DNA of 64,000 bases from an uncultured Gemmatimonadales bacterium (GCA_963783385.1 CAWANJ010000003.1:224001-288000), one strand, 5' to 3'; shown: positions 29,183 to 41,019, counted from the stretch's first letter. The notes: generated by a model from the letters alone, not told the origin. Translations and numbers: made by a program.

Positions 29183-30767
29183 ATGTCCTCCGCGCCGCGT
29201 CCGCTCGCCGACCCCCACGCGCACGGGTCGATCCCCCGCCTGCTCGAGCGCCGCGCGGCCGAGCGGGCGGATGGAGACTTCCTCCGCTTCGAGGGACGGA
29301 GCGTGACCTTCGGCGCGGTCGCCGAGGAGAGTGCCCTGCTGGCGGCCGGGATCGGAGCCCTCGGCCTCCGGCCCGGCGACCGCATCGCCCTCATGCTTCC
29401 CAACGGGATCGACTTCCCGGTGGCGTGGCTGGCGGCGGCGCGGGCCAGGACGCCCGTCGTGCCGGTGAATCCCGGCTACGGCGACGAGGACCTCGCCCAC
29501 GTGCTTTCCGACTCGGGCACGCGGGCCGCGCTGGCCGGACCCGAGGCGGCCGCCAAGCTGGAGGCGCTCGGCGCGCGCTGCCCCGAATGTGGGGTGGGTC
29601 GGTGGTCCCGGCGAGCTCCGGGCGCGCGGCGTGGAGTCGGGGCAGGCGCCTCCGCCCGTCGACGGGCCGGATCTGGACACGGCGGTGAGCGTGCAGTACA
29701 CGTCCGGCACCACCGGCTTCCCGAAGGGCTGCGTGCTCACGCACGGCTACTGGCTCCGGCTGGCCGCCACCATGCAGGCATACGGGCGGTTCGGACCGCA
29801 GGACGTGGCCCTCACCGCCCAGCCTTTCCACTACATGGACCCCACCTGGAACCTGGTCCTGTGCCTGGTGGCCGGGATGCCGCTGGCCGTGCTGCCGCGC
29901 TTCTCGGTCTCGACCTTCTGGCGACAGGTCCGCGACGCCGGGGCGACCTTCTTCTACTGCATCGGCACGATGCCCTCCTACCTGTTTCGGAGTGCGCCCG
30001 ACCCGGAGCTCGACCGCGGACATCGGGTGCGCCTGGTCCTGTGCTCCGGCATCCCCGCGGACCGCCACGCTGCCTTCGAGGCGCGCTGGGGCTGCCCGTG
30101 GCGGGAGACGTACGGCACCACGGAGCTCGGCGTCGTGCTCATGGCTCCGCTGGAGGACGCGGGCTCGGTCGGATCGGGCACCATGGGCGAGCCGGTGCCG
30201 GGGCGCGAGGTCCGGGTGGTGGACGGGGCGGGCCGTCCCGTGGCCGACGGGGAGGAGGGAGAGATGCAGGTGCGCGGACCCGACACGATGCTGGGCTACT
30301 GGTCCGGAGAGGGACCCGACACCGGGTGGCTCACGACGGATGGCTGGGCCCCGACCGGGGACCGGGTGCGCCACGAGGCCCACGGCTACCGGCACCTCGG
30401 CCGCCTCAAGGACGTCATCCGCAGGGCGGGCGAGAACATTGCGGCCGCCGAGGTCGAGGCGGCGCTGCGGACCCACCCCCGGGTGCGCGAGGCCGCATGC
30501 GTGGCCGTGCCCGACGACCTGCGGGGCGAGGAGGTCCGGGCCTACGTCCAGCTGGTCGAGGGCGTCGACCCGACCGCCACGCCACCCGAGGTCCTGGCGG
30601 CGTTCGCGGAGGGGCGGCTGGCGTCCTTCAAAGTGCCCCGCTACTGGAGCTACGTGGATCGCTTCCCCCTCACGCCATCGCAGAAGATCGCCAAGACGAG
30701 GCTGGCCGCGACGGACGCGGACCCGCTCACGGGTGCGTGGGACCGACGGGAGGGGAGGTGGCGGTGA
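29183..30767 (+). CDS. AMP-dependent CoA ligase (CaiC-like), apparent frameshift near 29600
   Basis: YTSGTTGFPKG, ETYGTTE, TGD, GRLKDVIRRAGENI, FPLTPSQKI; N-terminal part in another frame. Confidence 0.88.
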
Positions 30768-31597
30768 AGGACTCCGGAAGCGTCACGTGGGAGCTGCGAG
30801 GTCGGGTCGGCGTGATCACGCTGGACCGGCCCGGGTCGCTCAACGCCCTGTCGGGAGCCATGCTGCGCGAGCTCCTCGGTCTGCTCGGCGACGCCGCGGG
30901 CCGCGATGGCGCGGCGGTCCTGGTGCTCACCGGAGCGGGGAGGGCGTTCTCGGCCGGCGTCGACCTCTACGAGCTCGAGGCGGCCAGGGCCGCGGGGGAG
31001 AGCGAGGCCGAAGCCCGGCGGCGCCTCGAGCGGCTGCAGGATGTCACCCGCCGCATCGTGGACGGCCCCGTCCCGGTGGTGGCCGCCCTCAACGGTCCGG
31101 CCGTGGGGCTGGGGGCGGAGATCGCCGCCGCCTGCGACGTCAGGATCATGGCCCGCGGCGCCACGATCAGCTTCCCGGAGGCGCGCCGCGGGCTGTCGGC
31201 GACCAACGGGGCCTCGTACCTCCTGCCGCGGCTCGTGGGCTCCGGCCGGGCCCTCGACTGGCTCCTCACCGGGCGCGAGGTGGAGCCCGAAGAGGCGCGG
31301 GCGGCCGGCTTCGCCTCGGCGGTGGTGTCCGAGATGGACCTGCGGGCGAGGGCGCTCGAGGTGGCCGACATCATGGCGAGCGCCGCGCCCGGCGGGGTGG
31401 CGGCCGCCCGGCGTCTCCTCCGAGAACCCGTCCGCGAGGCGCTGGAGGAGGCGCTCCGCCGGGAAGTGGAGGTGGTGCTGGAGGGAATGCGCTCGCCCGA
31501 GTACGAGGCGGGGCTGCGGGGTTTCGTGGAGCGGCGCGGCCCGGAGGCCGCGCCGCGCGGCCAGGATCGAGGGGGACGCCGACCGGCTTCCGACTAG
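30764..31597 (+). CDS. Enoyl-CoA hydratase/isomerase family protein
   Basis: ITLDRPGSLNAL, GRAFSAGVDL, AALNGPAVGLGAE, FPEARRG (both catalytic Glu positions present); GTGA overlap with the ligase. Confidence 0.9.
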   Translation: MKDSGSVTWELRGRVGVITLDRPGSLNALSGAMLRELLGLLGDAAGRDGAAVLVLTGAGRAFSAGVDLYELEAARAAGESEAEARRRLERLQDVTRRIVDGPVPVVAALNGPAVGLGAEIAAACDVRIMARGATISFPEARRGLSATNGASYLLPRLVGSGRALDWLLTGREVEPEEARAAGFASAVVSEMDLRARALEVADIMASAAPGGVAAARRLLREPVREALEEALRREVEVVLEGMRSPEYEAGLRGFVERRGPEAAPRGQDRGGRRPASD

Positions 31598-32439
31598 CGG
31601 GTGACGCTCATCGTCACCTTCTGGGAGATCCACACGGCGATGGGCTGGTCCCGGTTGATGGCCGGCTTGAACTGCATCTGCTGGACCACCTGGGCCGCCG
31701 CCGCGTCCATGTTCGGATAGCCGCTCGAGTCCTTGATGAAAGTCTTGAGCACCTTGCCCTGCACGTCCACGTACGCCCACACGACCACGGCTCCCCCGAT
31801 GCCCACGTCGCGGAGCGAGGCCGGGTAGAGCTTCACCAACAGCCGCTCGATCTCCCCTTTGTTCAGGAGCCTGGGCGGCACGTCGAACGGGATGAACGTG
31901 GGCCGGTCGGCCGGGTTTCCTCCCACGGCGGGCGGAGGAGGCGGCAGGGCGGAGGCCGGGTTCGCCTCCAGGGTCGTCGGCGCGATCGTCAGCTCTGGGC
32001 TGACGTCGGTGGCCGCCACCTTGGGCGTGGCCGGCCGTGCGATGGACTGGGGTGGAGGCGGGATCTTGACGTCGGGCGGCAGCCGGATCGTCTGTAGCGC
32101 CCTCGAGGAGGTGGCCATGCTGTCGCTATGGAAGTTGGGCGACCAGCTGAAGATGGCCGCATGGATCCCCACCGAGGCCAGCAGCGCGAGCCCGAGGACG
32201 AGGCGCTGCTGGTGGACCACCCCCTCGCGGCGCTCGTCCTCGAGTCCCGCGGTGCGGGTCGTCTCCCGTGCCCGACCGGGGCGTTCCGTCTGAACGGTGG
32301 GGCGAGCCGAGATCTCGACCGCCGGCTCGAGGACCGCCGTCCCACCCCCGGTGCCCGCCCGCCAGGCCGGCGCGGGTGCGTCGCCCTTCGCCGTCGCCAT
32401 CCCCGGATGCGCACCGTGCACGTCGTCGTAGTCCGACAT
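31594..32439 (-). CDS. TonB family protein (TM anchor, Pro-rich linker, TonB_C)
   Basis: TM with ASVGIH (SxxxH), PPPP linker, YPASLRDVGIGG.V.V..YVD..GKV, SSGY..MD.AA, FKPA. Confidence 0.85.
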   Translation of the reverse strand: MSDYDDVHGAHPGMATAKGDAPAPAWRAGTGGGTAVLEPAVEISARPTVQTERPGRARETTRTAGLEDERREGVVHQQRLVLGLALLASVGIHAAIFSWSPNFHSDSMATSSRALQTIRLPPDVKIPPPPQSIARPATPKVAATDVSPELTIAPTTLEANPASALPPPPPAVGGNPADRPTFIPFDVPPRLLNKGEIERLLVKLYPASLRDVGIGGAVVVWAYVDVQGKVLKTFIKDSSGYPNMDAAAAQVVQQMQFKPAINRDQPIAVWISQKVTMSVTR

Positions 32440-32521
32440 GACGCTCCTCCCGTGTCCACCGGGGGCTGGATGCCCCCGTATAATTGTGGACGGGACGGCT
32501 CACTCCGGCCGTCGGGAGGAT

Positions 32522-32545
32522 CCGGAGCCCCGCGTGGGGCTCCGG
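32522..32545 (-). terminator. Hairpin downstream of the M28 peptidase
   Basis: ccggagcccc-gcgt-ggggctccgg, 10-bp stem. Confidence 0.5.
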
Positions 32546-32579
32546 TCGAGGCCGCTTGTGGGGAAATGCCCTCGCGCAA

Positions 32580-34296
32580 CTACTGCTGGCAGGGCGCGTT
32601 CCGGTCGGGCACCGGGTGGTCCACCACCGGCCGGTGGTCCAGGTCCGCCACGTGCACGGCCACATCCGCCACCAGGTTGACCACCTTCGCCATGTGCGGG
32701 TAGTCGATGTGCTCGGCTTCGTCGGTCACCTGGTGGTAGTCCGAGTGGAGCCCCGTGGTGAAGAAGGTGATCGGGATGCCGTAACGCGCGTAGGAGTAGT
32801 GGTCGCTGCGGCAGTAGATGTTGGACGGGTGCCCGTTGGCGTCCATCGCGTAGTCGAACGTCAGGTCGTGCCCGTCCTCGGTGTTCACCTTCTCGATCAG
32901 GTCTCCGAGCTCGGTGGACAGCCGGCGCGAGCCCACCAGCTGCACGTAGCTCGGGCTCCCGTGCAGCGGCTGGCCGTCCTTCGTGCGGCCCGTCTCGTCC
33001 GTGGCGTCGCCGCGGCCGACCATGTCCATGTTGAGCTGCGCCACGATCGAGTCCCGGGGGACGGTCGGATGGTCGGTGAAGTACCGCGAGCCGTACAGGC
33101 CCCTCCTCCTCGCCGACGTGCCACACGAAGAGGATCGAGCGCTTCGGGTGCGGGTCCATGGCCTCGATCTTCTGGGCGATCTCGAGGGCGGACACCGAGC
33201 CCGAGCCGTCGTCGTCGGCTCCGTTGTACGTGGAGTCCATCCGGTCCGGGTGGCTCTTCCGGTAGACGGCCAGCAGGGAGTCGACCTCCTCCTGCTGGGC
33301 CGGCGTGGTCCGCTTGCCGCCGTCATCGGCCCCCTCGGGACGCACGACGTGGTTGAAGATCATGATCGAGTCGTGGTCCACGGGCCGGCCCACGCCCAGG
33401 TGATCGTTGTGCGCCCCGATGGCCACGTACTCTCCCTTCAGCTTCGGGTCGCTGCCGGGCACGATGCCGACCACGTTGCGGGCCGGGTAGGGGACGGGCT
33501 CGAGCGAGTAGCGCACGTGGACCGCGGCCGATCCGCCCGCGGTGCCGGGGGACAGGCCCGCCAGGGGCGAGGAGAACATCTTGCCGGCGGCCGCCTCGCT
33601 CACCAGGAACACGGGCATCTGCTCCGAGCCCTGCGGCTGGTCGTCCACGAACATGCGCGGCCGCGTGAAGAAGGCGCGGAACCGGGCCGGCACGCTGTCC
33701 AGGGCGGCGACCGCGATCGCCGCGGCTCCCTCGATCGCCGGGGCGGCGCGGAACAGGCGGCGCAGCGACACGCCCGGCGCGACCCCGAACACCACGAGCT
33801 TGCCCCTGGCCTGGTCGGCGGTGATGGGATGCGAGGCGTCTCCCACCACGCCGCCGTACACGATCGGCAGGGATGCGGCGTCGAAGGAACGGGGCGTGAT
33901 CGGGACGAAGTCGTCGAGGAGCTTCAGCGGGCCGCCGTCCACCGTGAAGCTCGAGCTGTCGCTCAGGGCGCGCGTCTTGAGCGGGATCGTCTGGAAGTAG
34001 GTCCCGTCGTCCCCGGCGGGCACCAGGCCCATGCGCTCGATCTCGTGGGCGATGTAGTTCGTGCCCTTGACGTTGCCCAGTTCGCCCGTGCGGCGGCCCA
34101 GCATCGAGTCGTCGGAGAAGATGTAGAGGCGGGTCATGAGGTCCGCCGGCGTGATGGCGACCGTCGTGGGCTCGGGCGCGTGCTGGCGCGGCAGGCCGCG
34201 GTCGACCGGGAGGGCCGATTGGGCGGCCGCGGCGGCCGGCAGGAGCAGGGCGCAGACCGCAAGCGGGATCGGACGGGTGAGGCGTCGCATGGCCAT
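32580..34296 (-). CDS. Secreted M28 family aminopeptidase with PA-like insert, frameshift near 33105
   Basis: GAHNDHLG, NGADDDGSG, GEEEG|LYGS, LNMDMVGR, RSDHYS, HSDYHQVTDE. Confidence 0.9.
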
Positions 34297-34400
34297 CTCC
34301 GGGTGACGCGGAAACAAAGGAGTCGCGTCGCCGAATCTGGCGCGGGCCCGGGCCCGGGAAAAGGGCGTCCGCCCGGGGCGGCGCGCTCGTCACTCGAGGC

Positions 34401-34443
34401 TTGACGCGGAGCTCCTTCATTAGAGACTCTTCGATGAGTCTCT
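34401..34443 (+). promoter_or_regulatory. Promoter with overlapping palindromic operator (likely PadR autoregulation)
   Basis: TTGACG at 34401; perfect inverted repeat AGAGACTC-N6-GAGTCTCT at 34422-34443 just before the padR SD. Confidence 0.6.
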
Positions 34444-34456
34444 CAAGTGAGGAGCC

Positions 34457-34792
34457 ATGACCGAACCGATACCCGTCCTCAAGGGGACCCTGGACGTGCT
34501 GGTGTTGAAGGCGCTCAGCGGGGCGCCCATGCACGGCCTCGAGATCACGGATTGGCTGACTCGTCGCTCGGGCGGGGAGCTCAGCTTCGACGAGTCGGCC
34601 GTCTACCAGGCCCTGTACCGCATGGAGGGACGGGACCTCGTCGAGGCGGAGTGGGGCGTGAGCGACCACAACCGCAAGGCTCGCTACTACCGCATCACGA
34701 AGGCTGGCGAGCGCCACCTCGAGGAGGAGTCGCGACAGCTCGTCCGCTTCGGGGAGCTCGTGAAGACCATCCTCTCTCCCTCTCCCGCCTGA
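34457..34792 (+). CDS. PadR family transcriptional regulator (ADOP-associated type)
   Basis: [13 protein letters not shown]...MHG..I...VYQALYRME...[19 protein letters not shown]. Confidence 0.92.
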   Translation: MTEPIPVLKGTLDVLVLKALSGAPMHGLEITDWLTRRSGGELSFDESAVYQALYRMEGRDLVEAEWGVSDHNRKARYYRITKAGERHLEEESRQLVRFGELVKTILSPSPA

Positions 34793-37521
34793 TGCTCCGG
34801 CCCGGCGTCCGCCGGCTGTTCCGGCTGCGTCTCGGGCGCCGCGACGACGTCGAGCGCGAGACCGACAACGAGATCCGGGCGCACCTGGAGATGAGGGCCG
34901 AGGCGCTGGAGAGCCGAGGACTCTCGCCGGAGGAGGCCAGGGCGGAGGCGCGGCGCCGCTTCGGCGAGCTGGAATCCGCCCGGGACGAACTGGTGCGGGC
35001 CGCCCGGCGGCGGGAACGAAGGGTGAGGTGGCGGGACCGGCTGGACGGGGTGCGCCAGGACGTGCGGCACGCGTGGCGGTCGGTGAAGGGCGAGCCCGGC
35101 CTCGCGGCCGTGGTCGATCCTCATCATCGCGCTCGGCGTCGGCGCCAACGCGGCCATGTTCGGGATCCTGGACCACCTCCTGCTCGGCGGCCCGGCGCAC
35201 GTGGTCGACTCCGGCCGGGTCGTCCGTTTCTCCATCCATGCGACGGTGCCGGGCCAGGGCGAGGTGTCCGACAACACGTTCGGGTACGTCGCCTACGCGG
35301 CCCTGCGGGACCACGCACGCGGCCTGGACAGGGTCGCGGCCTACTCCGAGTGGGACGACGTCGTCGGGCAGGGCCGAGGACGCCCACCCCGTGCGCGTCG
35401 GTCACGCCACGGCCGGCTTCTTTCCGCTGCTCGGCGTCCAAGCGGCCGTGGGGAGGTTTTTCGGCCGGGCGGAGGACAGGCCGGGGGACGCCCGGCACGT
35501 GGCGGTGCTCGGGCACGAAGTCTGGCGGAGCCGCTTCGCGGGGGACTCCTCGGTCGTGGGCCGGACCGTGCGCATCGGTGGCGAGCCGTACACCGTCGTG
35601 GGCGTGGCGCCGGCCGGGTTCACCGGCGTGGCGCTGCAGCGCGTTGACGCCTGGCTCCCCATGTCGCTCGTCCATCCGTCGCCGGACTGGAGGACCTCCT
35701 GGCAGGCGCAGTGGCTCAAGATCGTGGCACGACTGGCGCCCGGCGTCACCAGGGAGCGCGGCGCCGCCGAGGCCACCCGGAGCCTTCGGGCCGCCTACCC
35801 CGGAACGGAGAAGTTCATCGAGCGCGCCGACCTCCACGCCGACCCGCTGTCCTACGACGATTCGGGCCACGAGGCCCGGGAAGTGGCCGTGTCGCGCTGG
35901 CTGTTCGCCGTGTCGCTCATCGTCCTCCTGGTGGCGTGCGCCAACGTGGCCAACCTGCTCCTGGCCCGCGCGCTCCGCCGCCGGCGCGAGGTCAGCCTCC
36001 GCGTGGCGCTCGGGATCTCGCGTTGGCGCCTCGTGCGGCTCCTGCTCGGAGAGAGCCTGGCGCTCGCGCTGCTGGGCGGCGTCGCCGCCCTGGCCGTCAT
36101 CCCGGTGGTAGGCCACGTGGTGCGCTCCGCGCTCCTTCCCACGGTCGCGTGGGGCGACGGTCTCGTGCGACGGAAGGGTCCTGGCCGTGGCGGCGGCCCT
36201 GACCCTGGCGACGGGGCTCGCGGCGGGCCTCCTGCCGGCCCTCCACGCGGGCCGGCACGATGTGATCGGATCCCTGCGGGCCGGCATGCGAGGAGAAGGG
36301 GCGGGGACGTCTCGGCTACGATCGGCTCTCGCGGTAGCCCAGGCGGCCCTCTCGGTGCTCCTCCTGGTGGGTGCCGGCCTGTTCATCCGGAGTCTCCATC
36401 ACGCGCGCGGCGATCGACCTGGGGTTCGAGCCCGAACGGGTGCTGATGGTCCGGCCCGACTGGTCGGTCCCCGGGCCGAGCCTCCGCTCCGACGCCGAGG
36501 AGCGGGACCGGCGTCGCGCCCGGCGGAGCGCGTTCTTCGCCGCCGCACTGGTCCGCGCCCGACGCCTGCCGCGAGGTCGAGCGGGCGGCGATCACCGTCG
36601 GTCTCCCGTTCCAGATGTGGTTCACGTTGCGGCTCCGGGTGCCCGGCCTCGACTCCATCCCGAAGCTCCCCGGGGGAGGGCCCTACATCCAGGCCGTGTC
36701 GCCCGGGTACTTCGCCACTATGGGCCTCTCCCTCCTCGAGGGCCGCGTCGTTCGGACCGTCGGACCACGAGGGCAGCGAGTCGGTGGCGGTGGTGAGCCG
36801 CACCATGGCGCGCACCCTGTGGCCCGGGGGCGAGGCGCATCGGGCGATGCCTGCTGATCGGACGGGCCGAGCGGCCTCCCTGCGCACGCGTGGTCGGGAT
36901 CGTCGAGGACGCCCACCGGAACGCCCTGCACGAGCGGCCTTCCATGCAGTACTACATCCCCCTCGGCCAGGAGCGGGGATTCGGCGGATCGGCGCTCGTG
37001 ATACGGCCGCGGGGCGATCCCGAGGCCTTGATCGGGCGTTTGCGCCGGAGGCTGGCGGGACTGGACCCGGAGGTGCTCTACCTTCGCATCGAGAGCCTGG
37101 AGAGCGTCATCGACCCCCACTACCGCCCGTGGCGACTGGGTGCGACGCTCATGGGTGCCTTCGGATCCTGGCCCTGCTCATCGCGGCCATGGGGCTGTAC
37201 AGCCTGGTGGCCTATACGGTCGCGAGTCGGCGCCACGAAGTCGGGATCCGGATGGCGCTGGGGGCCGGCCGCCTGGACATCCTCCGGTGGGTGCTACGGC
37301 GGGGCGTCCTCCTGGTCGCGTCCGGCGTCGCCATGGGCGCGCTGCTGGCGGCCGCGGCGGCTCCGCGCCTCGGCAGGCCTCCTGTTCGAGGAGTCACCGC
37401 TGGACCCGGCGGTGTACGCGGGGGTGGCGGCCCTCCTCTGGCCGTGGCGGTGGCGGCCTGCCTTGTGCCGGCCGGCAGCGCCGCGAAGCTGGACCCGGTC
37501 CGGGCGCTGCGGGCCGACTGA
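34792..37521 (+). CDS. ADOP/MacB-type duplicated ABC permease with N-terminal permease-prefix domain; many apparent frameshifts
   Basis: EIRAHLEMR...[16 protein letters not shown] prefix; QDVRHAWR; [11 protein letters not shown]; [14 protein letters not shown]; GAGLFIRS; GLYSLVAY...[10 protein letters not shown]; [13 protein letters not shown], pieced across frames. Confidence 0.82.
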
Positions 37522-37606
37522 CGTCGGCGGCCGGGACGGCGACTCCGGCCGCGCGCGCCCCCGCGCGCGGCCACGGCGACCAGCCGTCGGGCCCGCGACC
37601 GATCCG

Positions 37607-38928
37607 TCACATCTCATTCGGGGGCCCCGGCCTGGGCAATACGATCCTCGCCACGCAGCCCTGGCCTCCGTCGCGGTTCCGCAGCGTGAGGCTGCCGCCG
37701 TGCGCCTCGGCGATCTGGCGGCTGAGGGCCAACCCGATGCCCGATCCGTCCGGCTTCGTGGTGAAGAAGGGCACGAACAGGTTGGCGGTGTCCGAGATCC
37801 CCGGTCCCTCGTCCTCGACGAGCACCTCGACGTAGAGGGCGGTGACTCGCCACCGGACGCGCACGCCGCCCCCCGTCTCCGAGACGGCGTCGACCGCGTT
37901 GTCCAGCAGGTTGATGAGCATCTGGTCCAGCTGATCCGAGTCGGCCCGAATGACGACGTCGGGGCCCGGCTCCACTCGCACCGGGAGCCGGGTCTCGAGC
38001 TTCGCCACGCGGCCGACCCATGTCTCAATGTCCACCGGATTCAGCTCCGGTGGCGGCAGGCGCGCCAGCCGGGCGTAGGAGGACATGAACCGGCCCAGGG
38101 CGGCGGCCCGGCCCGAGATGATCCCGAGTCCCTGCTCCACGTCCGCGGGCTCGAGCGCCGCCCCGCCGTCTCCGAGGCCGTCCCGCAGGCTCTCGGCGAT
38201 GGAGCGGATGGGGGCGAGCGAGTTGTTGATCTCGTGCCCCAGCACCCGAACCAGTCGGCGCCACGCCTTGCGCTCCTCCTCGCGGAGGACCCGGCTCAGG
38301 TCCGACAGGACCAGCAACGTCTGGGGCCGGCCCTCGTGGCGGAGGCCGGTGCGCCGGATCTCCCAGCGGCCCGAGCCGCCCGGGAAGGTCATCTCGACCA
38401 CCCGCGGCGTGTCGCCGGACAGGAAGGGCGCCAGTCCGACGGTGCTGGCGGGACGGCCCGTGAGCGCCCGGGCCGGCCGGTCCAGGAGCTGGGCCCCGGC
38501 CCGGTTGACCAGCCACAGACGGTCGTCCGCGTCGAAGGCGAACACGGCCACGTCGATCTCCTCGAGCACGCCCCGCAGGAGGGCCGTGGCCTCCAGCGTC
38601 CCGATGCGTTCGGTTCGCAGCGTCTCGCCGAGCGCGTTCACCTCGTGCGAGACGAGGCCGAGCGCCCGGTCGGTGCCCTCGGCCCGAACGCGCATCGAGT
38701 AGTCCCCCCGCGGAAGGCGGCCAGCACGTTGGCCAGGGTCTGGAGGGGCCGGACGAGCTCGTGGTGGAGGACGGCGACGAGGGCGATCCAGGTGCCGACG
38801 AGGAGAATGGACGGGACGACCCGCGCCCACGTCGGCCACGGCGCCCGCCACAGGAACAGGAGAGCCAGCAGAACGGCGGGCAGGCCCGCGACGAGGGCGA
38901 GGGCGGGCAAGCGGCGCTGGTAGCTCAC
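37607..38928 (-). CDS. Sensor histidine kinase (NtrY-like, TM-HAMP-PAS-HisKA-HATPase), frameshift near 38705
   Basis: AWRRLVRVLGHEINNSLAPI, QMLINLLDNA, DEGPG, FVPFFTTKPDGSGIGL. Confidence 0.9.
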
Positions 38929-38938
38929 CGCCCGTCTC

Positions 38939-40304
38939 TCAGGGCTCGAGGCCGTAGCGGTCCAGCCGCCGGTACAGGGCGCTGCGGCTGAGTCCCAGCT
39001 CCCCGGCCGCCCGGCTCACGTTGCCCTCGTGGCGGCGGAGCGCCTTCTGAATGAGGATGCGCTCGGCCTCCTCGAGCGTGAGGCCCTCGAGCCCGGGCGC
39101 GCCCTCGCCCGGGGCCCGGAGGCCGAGGTGGGCGACCTCGATACGCCGGCCCTCCGACATGAGGAGCGCGCGCTCGATCACGTGTTCGAGCTCCCGGACG
39201 TTGCCCTTCCACGGGTGGGCGCGCAGCGCCTCCATGGCATTGGCTGCCAGCTCGGGCACGGGCTCGTCCCGGCGCCGGGCCTCGCGGCGCAGGAAGTGCG
39301 CGGCCAGGGCGGGGATGTCCTCGGGCCGACGCCGCAGCGGGGGCACGTGGATCTCCACCGTGTTGAGCCGATAGAAGAGGTCTTCTCGGAAGTTCCCCGC
39401 CGCCACGGCCGCCGCCAGGTCCGCGTTGGTGGCGGCGATCACGCGCACGTCGGCCGTGCGGGTCCGCGAGGAACCCAGGCGCCGAAACTCCCCCGTCTCC
39501 AGCGCCCGGAGGAGCTTGGCCTGCTGGGCGGCCGGCATGGTACCAATCTCGTCCAGGAACAGAGTGGCGCGATCGGCCATCTCGAGGTAGCCGATCCGGT
39601 CGGCCTTGGCGTCCGTGAAGGCGCCGCGGACGTGTCCGAACAGCTCGCTCTCGAACAGGCCCTCCGGAACGGCGCCGGCGTTGAGGGTCACCAGCGGCCG
39701 ACCCGAGCGCGGCGAGCGAGCGTGGAGCCAGCGGGCTACCACCTCCTTCCCCGTCCCGGGCTCCCCGGTGATGAGCACGTTGGCGTCCGAGGGGCCGGCG
39801 CGCTCGATGAGCTGCAGGACCGGCTGCATGGTGCGCGACTCGGCGACCAGCTCCGGCAGGTCGCCCTCTCGCGCCTCGCGCTCCACCTCCAGCCGCTCGA
39901 CGCGGCGCAGGGCCCGGGTGAGCTCGACCTGGTTCTGGAGGGTGGCCAGCAGGCGCTCGTTGTCCCAGGGCTTCTCGACGTAGTCGCGGGCGCCGCGGCG
40001 CATGGCCTCCACCGCCCCCTCCACGCTGCCCCAGGCCGTCATCACCACCACGGAGAGCGTCGGATCCAGGCCGCGGACCGCCGACAGGAGGTCGAGGCCC
40101 TCCTTCCCCGAGGTGGTGTCGCGCGTGTAGTTGAGGTCGAGGAGGGCGAGGTCCAGCTCGCGGGCCTCGACGGTGCGCAGGACGGCCGCGGGCGACGTGG
40201 CCGTCTCGATCTCGTAGCCGTGCCCCTTGAGCAGGAGACGCAGCGCCTCCAGCACGTCGCTTCTGGTCGTCGGCGACCAGGATGCGGGGCGGCGGCTCGC
40301 TCAC
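38939..40304 (-). CDS. Sigma54-dependent response regulator (NtrC family), frameshift near 40260
   Basis: RILVADDQ | DLNYTRDTTSG.EG, GEPGTGKE, ESELFGHVRGAFTDA, W.GNVREL, GLSRSALYRRL; GTGA overlap with the ATPase stop. Confidence 0.9.
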
Positions 40305-40972
40305 GCCGGCGGGTCCACGATCCATCCGTCTTCCAGCTGGATGACGCGGTCGCTGCAGGCCGCCACCGCGGGATCGTGGGTCACCTGGATGATGGTCGTT
40401 CCCTCGCGGTTGAGGCCCGAGAGCAGGTCCATGATCTTCTCGCCCTGGCTCGAGTGCAGGCTCCCGGTGGGCTCGTCGGCCAGGATGAGGCTCGGCTCGG
40501 CGATCACGGCCCGGGCCACGGCCACGATCTGCTGCTGCCCGCCCGAGAGCTGGGACGGGAACAGGTCCTTCTTCCCGACGATGTGGAACTGGTCCAGCAT
40601 GTCGGCCACCCGCGCCTCGCGCTCGGCGCGCGGGACGTCCCGGTAGGAGAGGGGGATCTCCAGGTTCTCGGCGACCGTGAGGTCGTCCAGCAGGTGGTAC
40701 TGCTGGAATACGAATCCGATGTGCTCCCTGTGGAGGCGGCTCCGCTCCTTGTTGGAGAGCTCGTGCACGGGCGAGTCGAGGAAGCGGTACTCCCCCCGGT
40801 ACGCGCCGTCCAGCATGCCGAGGATGCCCAGCAGGGTCGACTTCCCGGCCCCGGAGGGCCCCATGATGGTCACGAAGTCGCCGGCCCGGACGTCCAGGTC
40901 GATGCGGCGGAGCACGAAGGTCTCCCCGCCCTTGTAGCCGTAGGACTTCTCGAGGTTGCGTAGCTGGATCAA
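40301..40972 (-). CDS. ABC transporter ATP-binding protein (MacB/LolD type), non-canonical D-loop
   Basis: GPSGAGKST, GFVFQ, LSGGQQQ, ILADEPTGSLHS, VTHD. Confidence 0.93.
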   Translation of the reverse strand: MIQLRNLEKSYGYKGGETFVLRRIDLDVRAGDFVTIMGPSGAGKSTLLGILGMLDGAYRGEYRFLDSPVHELSNKERSRLHREHIGFVFQQYHLLDDLTVAENLEIPLSYRDVPRAEREARVADMLDQFHIVGKKDLFPSQLSGGQQQIVAVARAVIAEPSLILADEPTGSLHSSQGEKIMDLLSGLNREGTTIIQVTHDPAVAACSDRVIQLEDGWIVDPPA

Positions 40973-41019
40973 GGAAGAGCGCTCCGTTTCATGTGGACGG
41001 TCCGCGATGACGCCGGCAT

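Noticed and set aside
29120-31597. Apparent CoA-ligase/crotonase fusion (825 aa); likewise SDR-M20 (9156..11228) and extended ECF (14281..15309)
   Set aside because: The linking segments are off-frame nonsense; proper stops, starts and overlaps exist once single indels are corrected.
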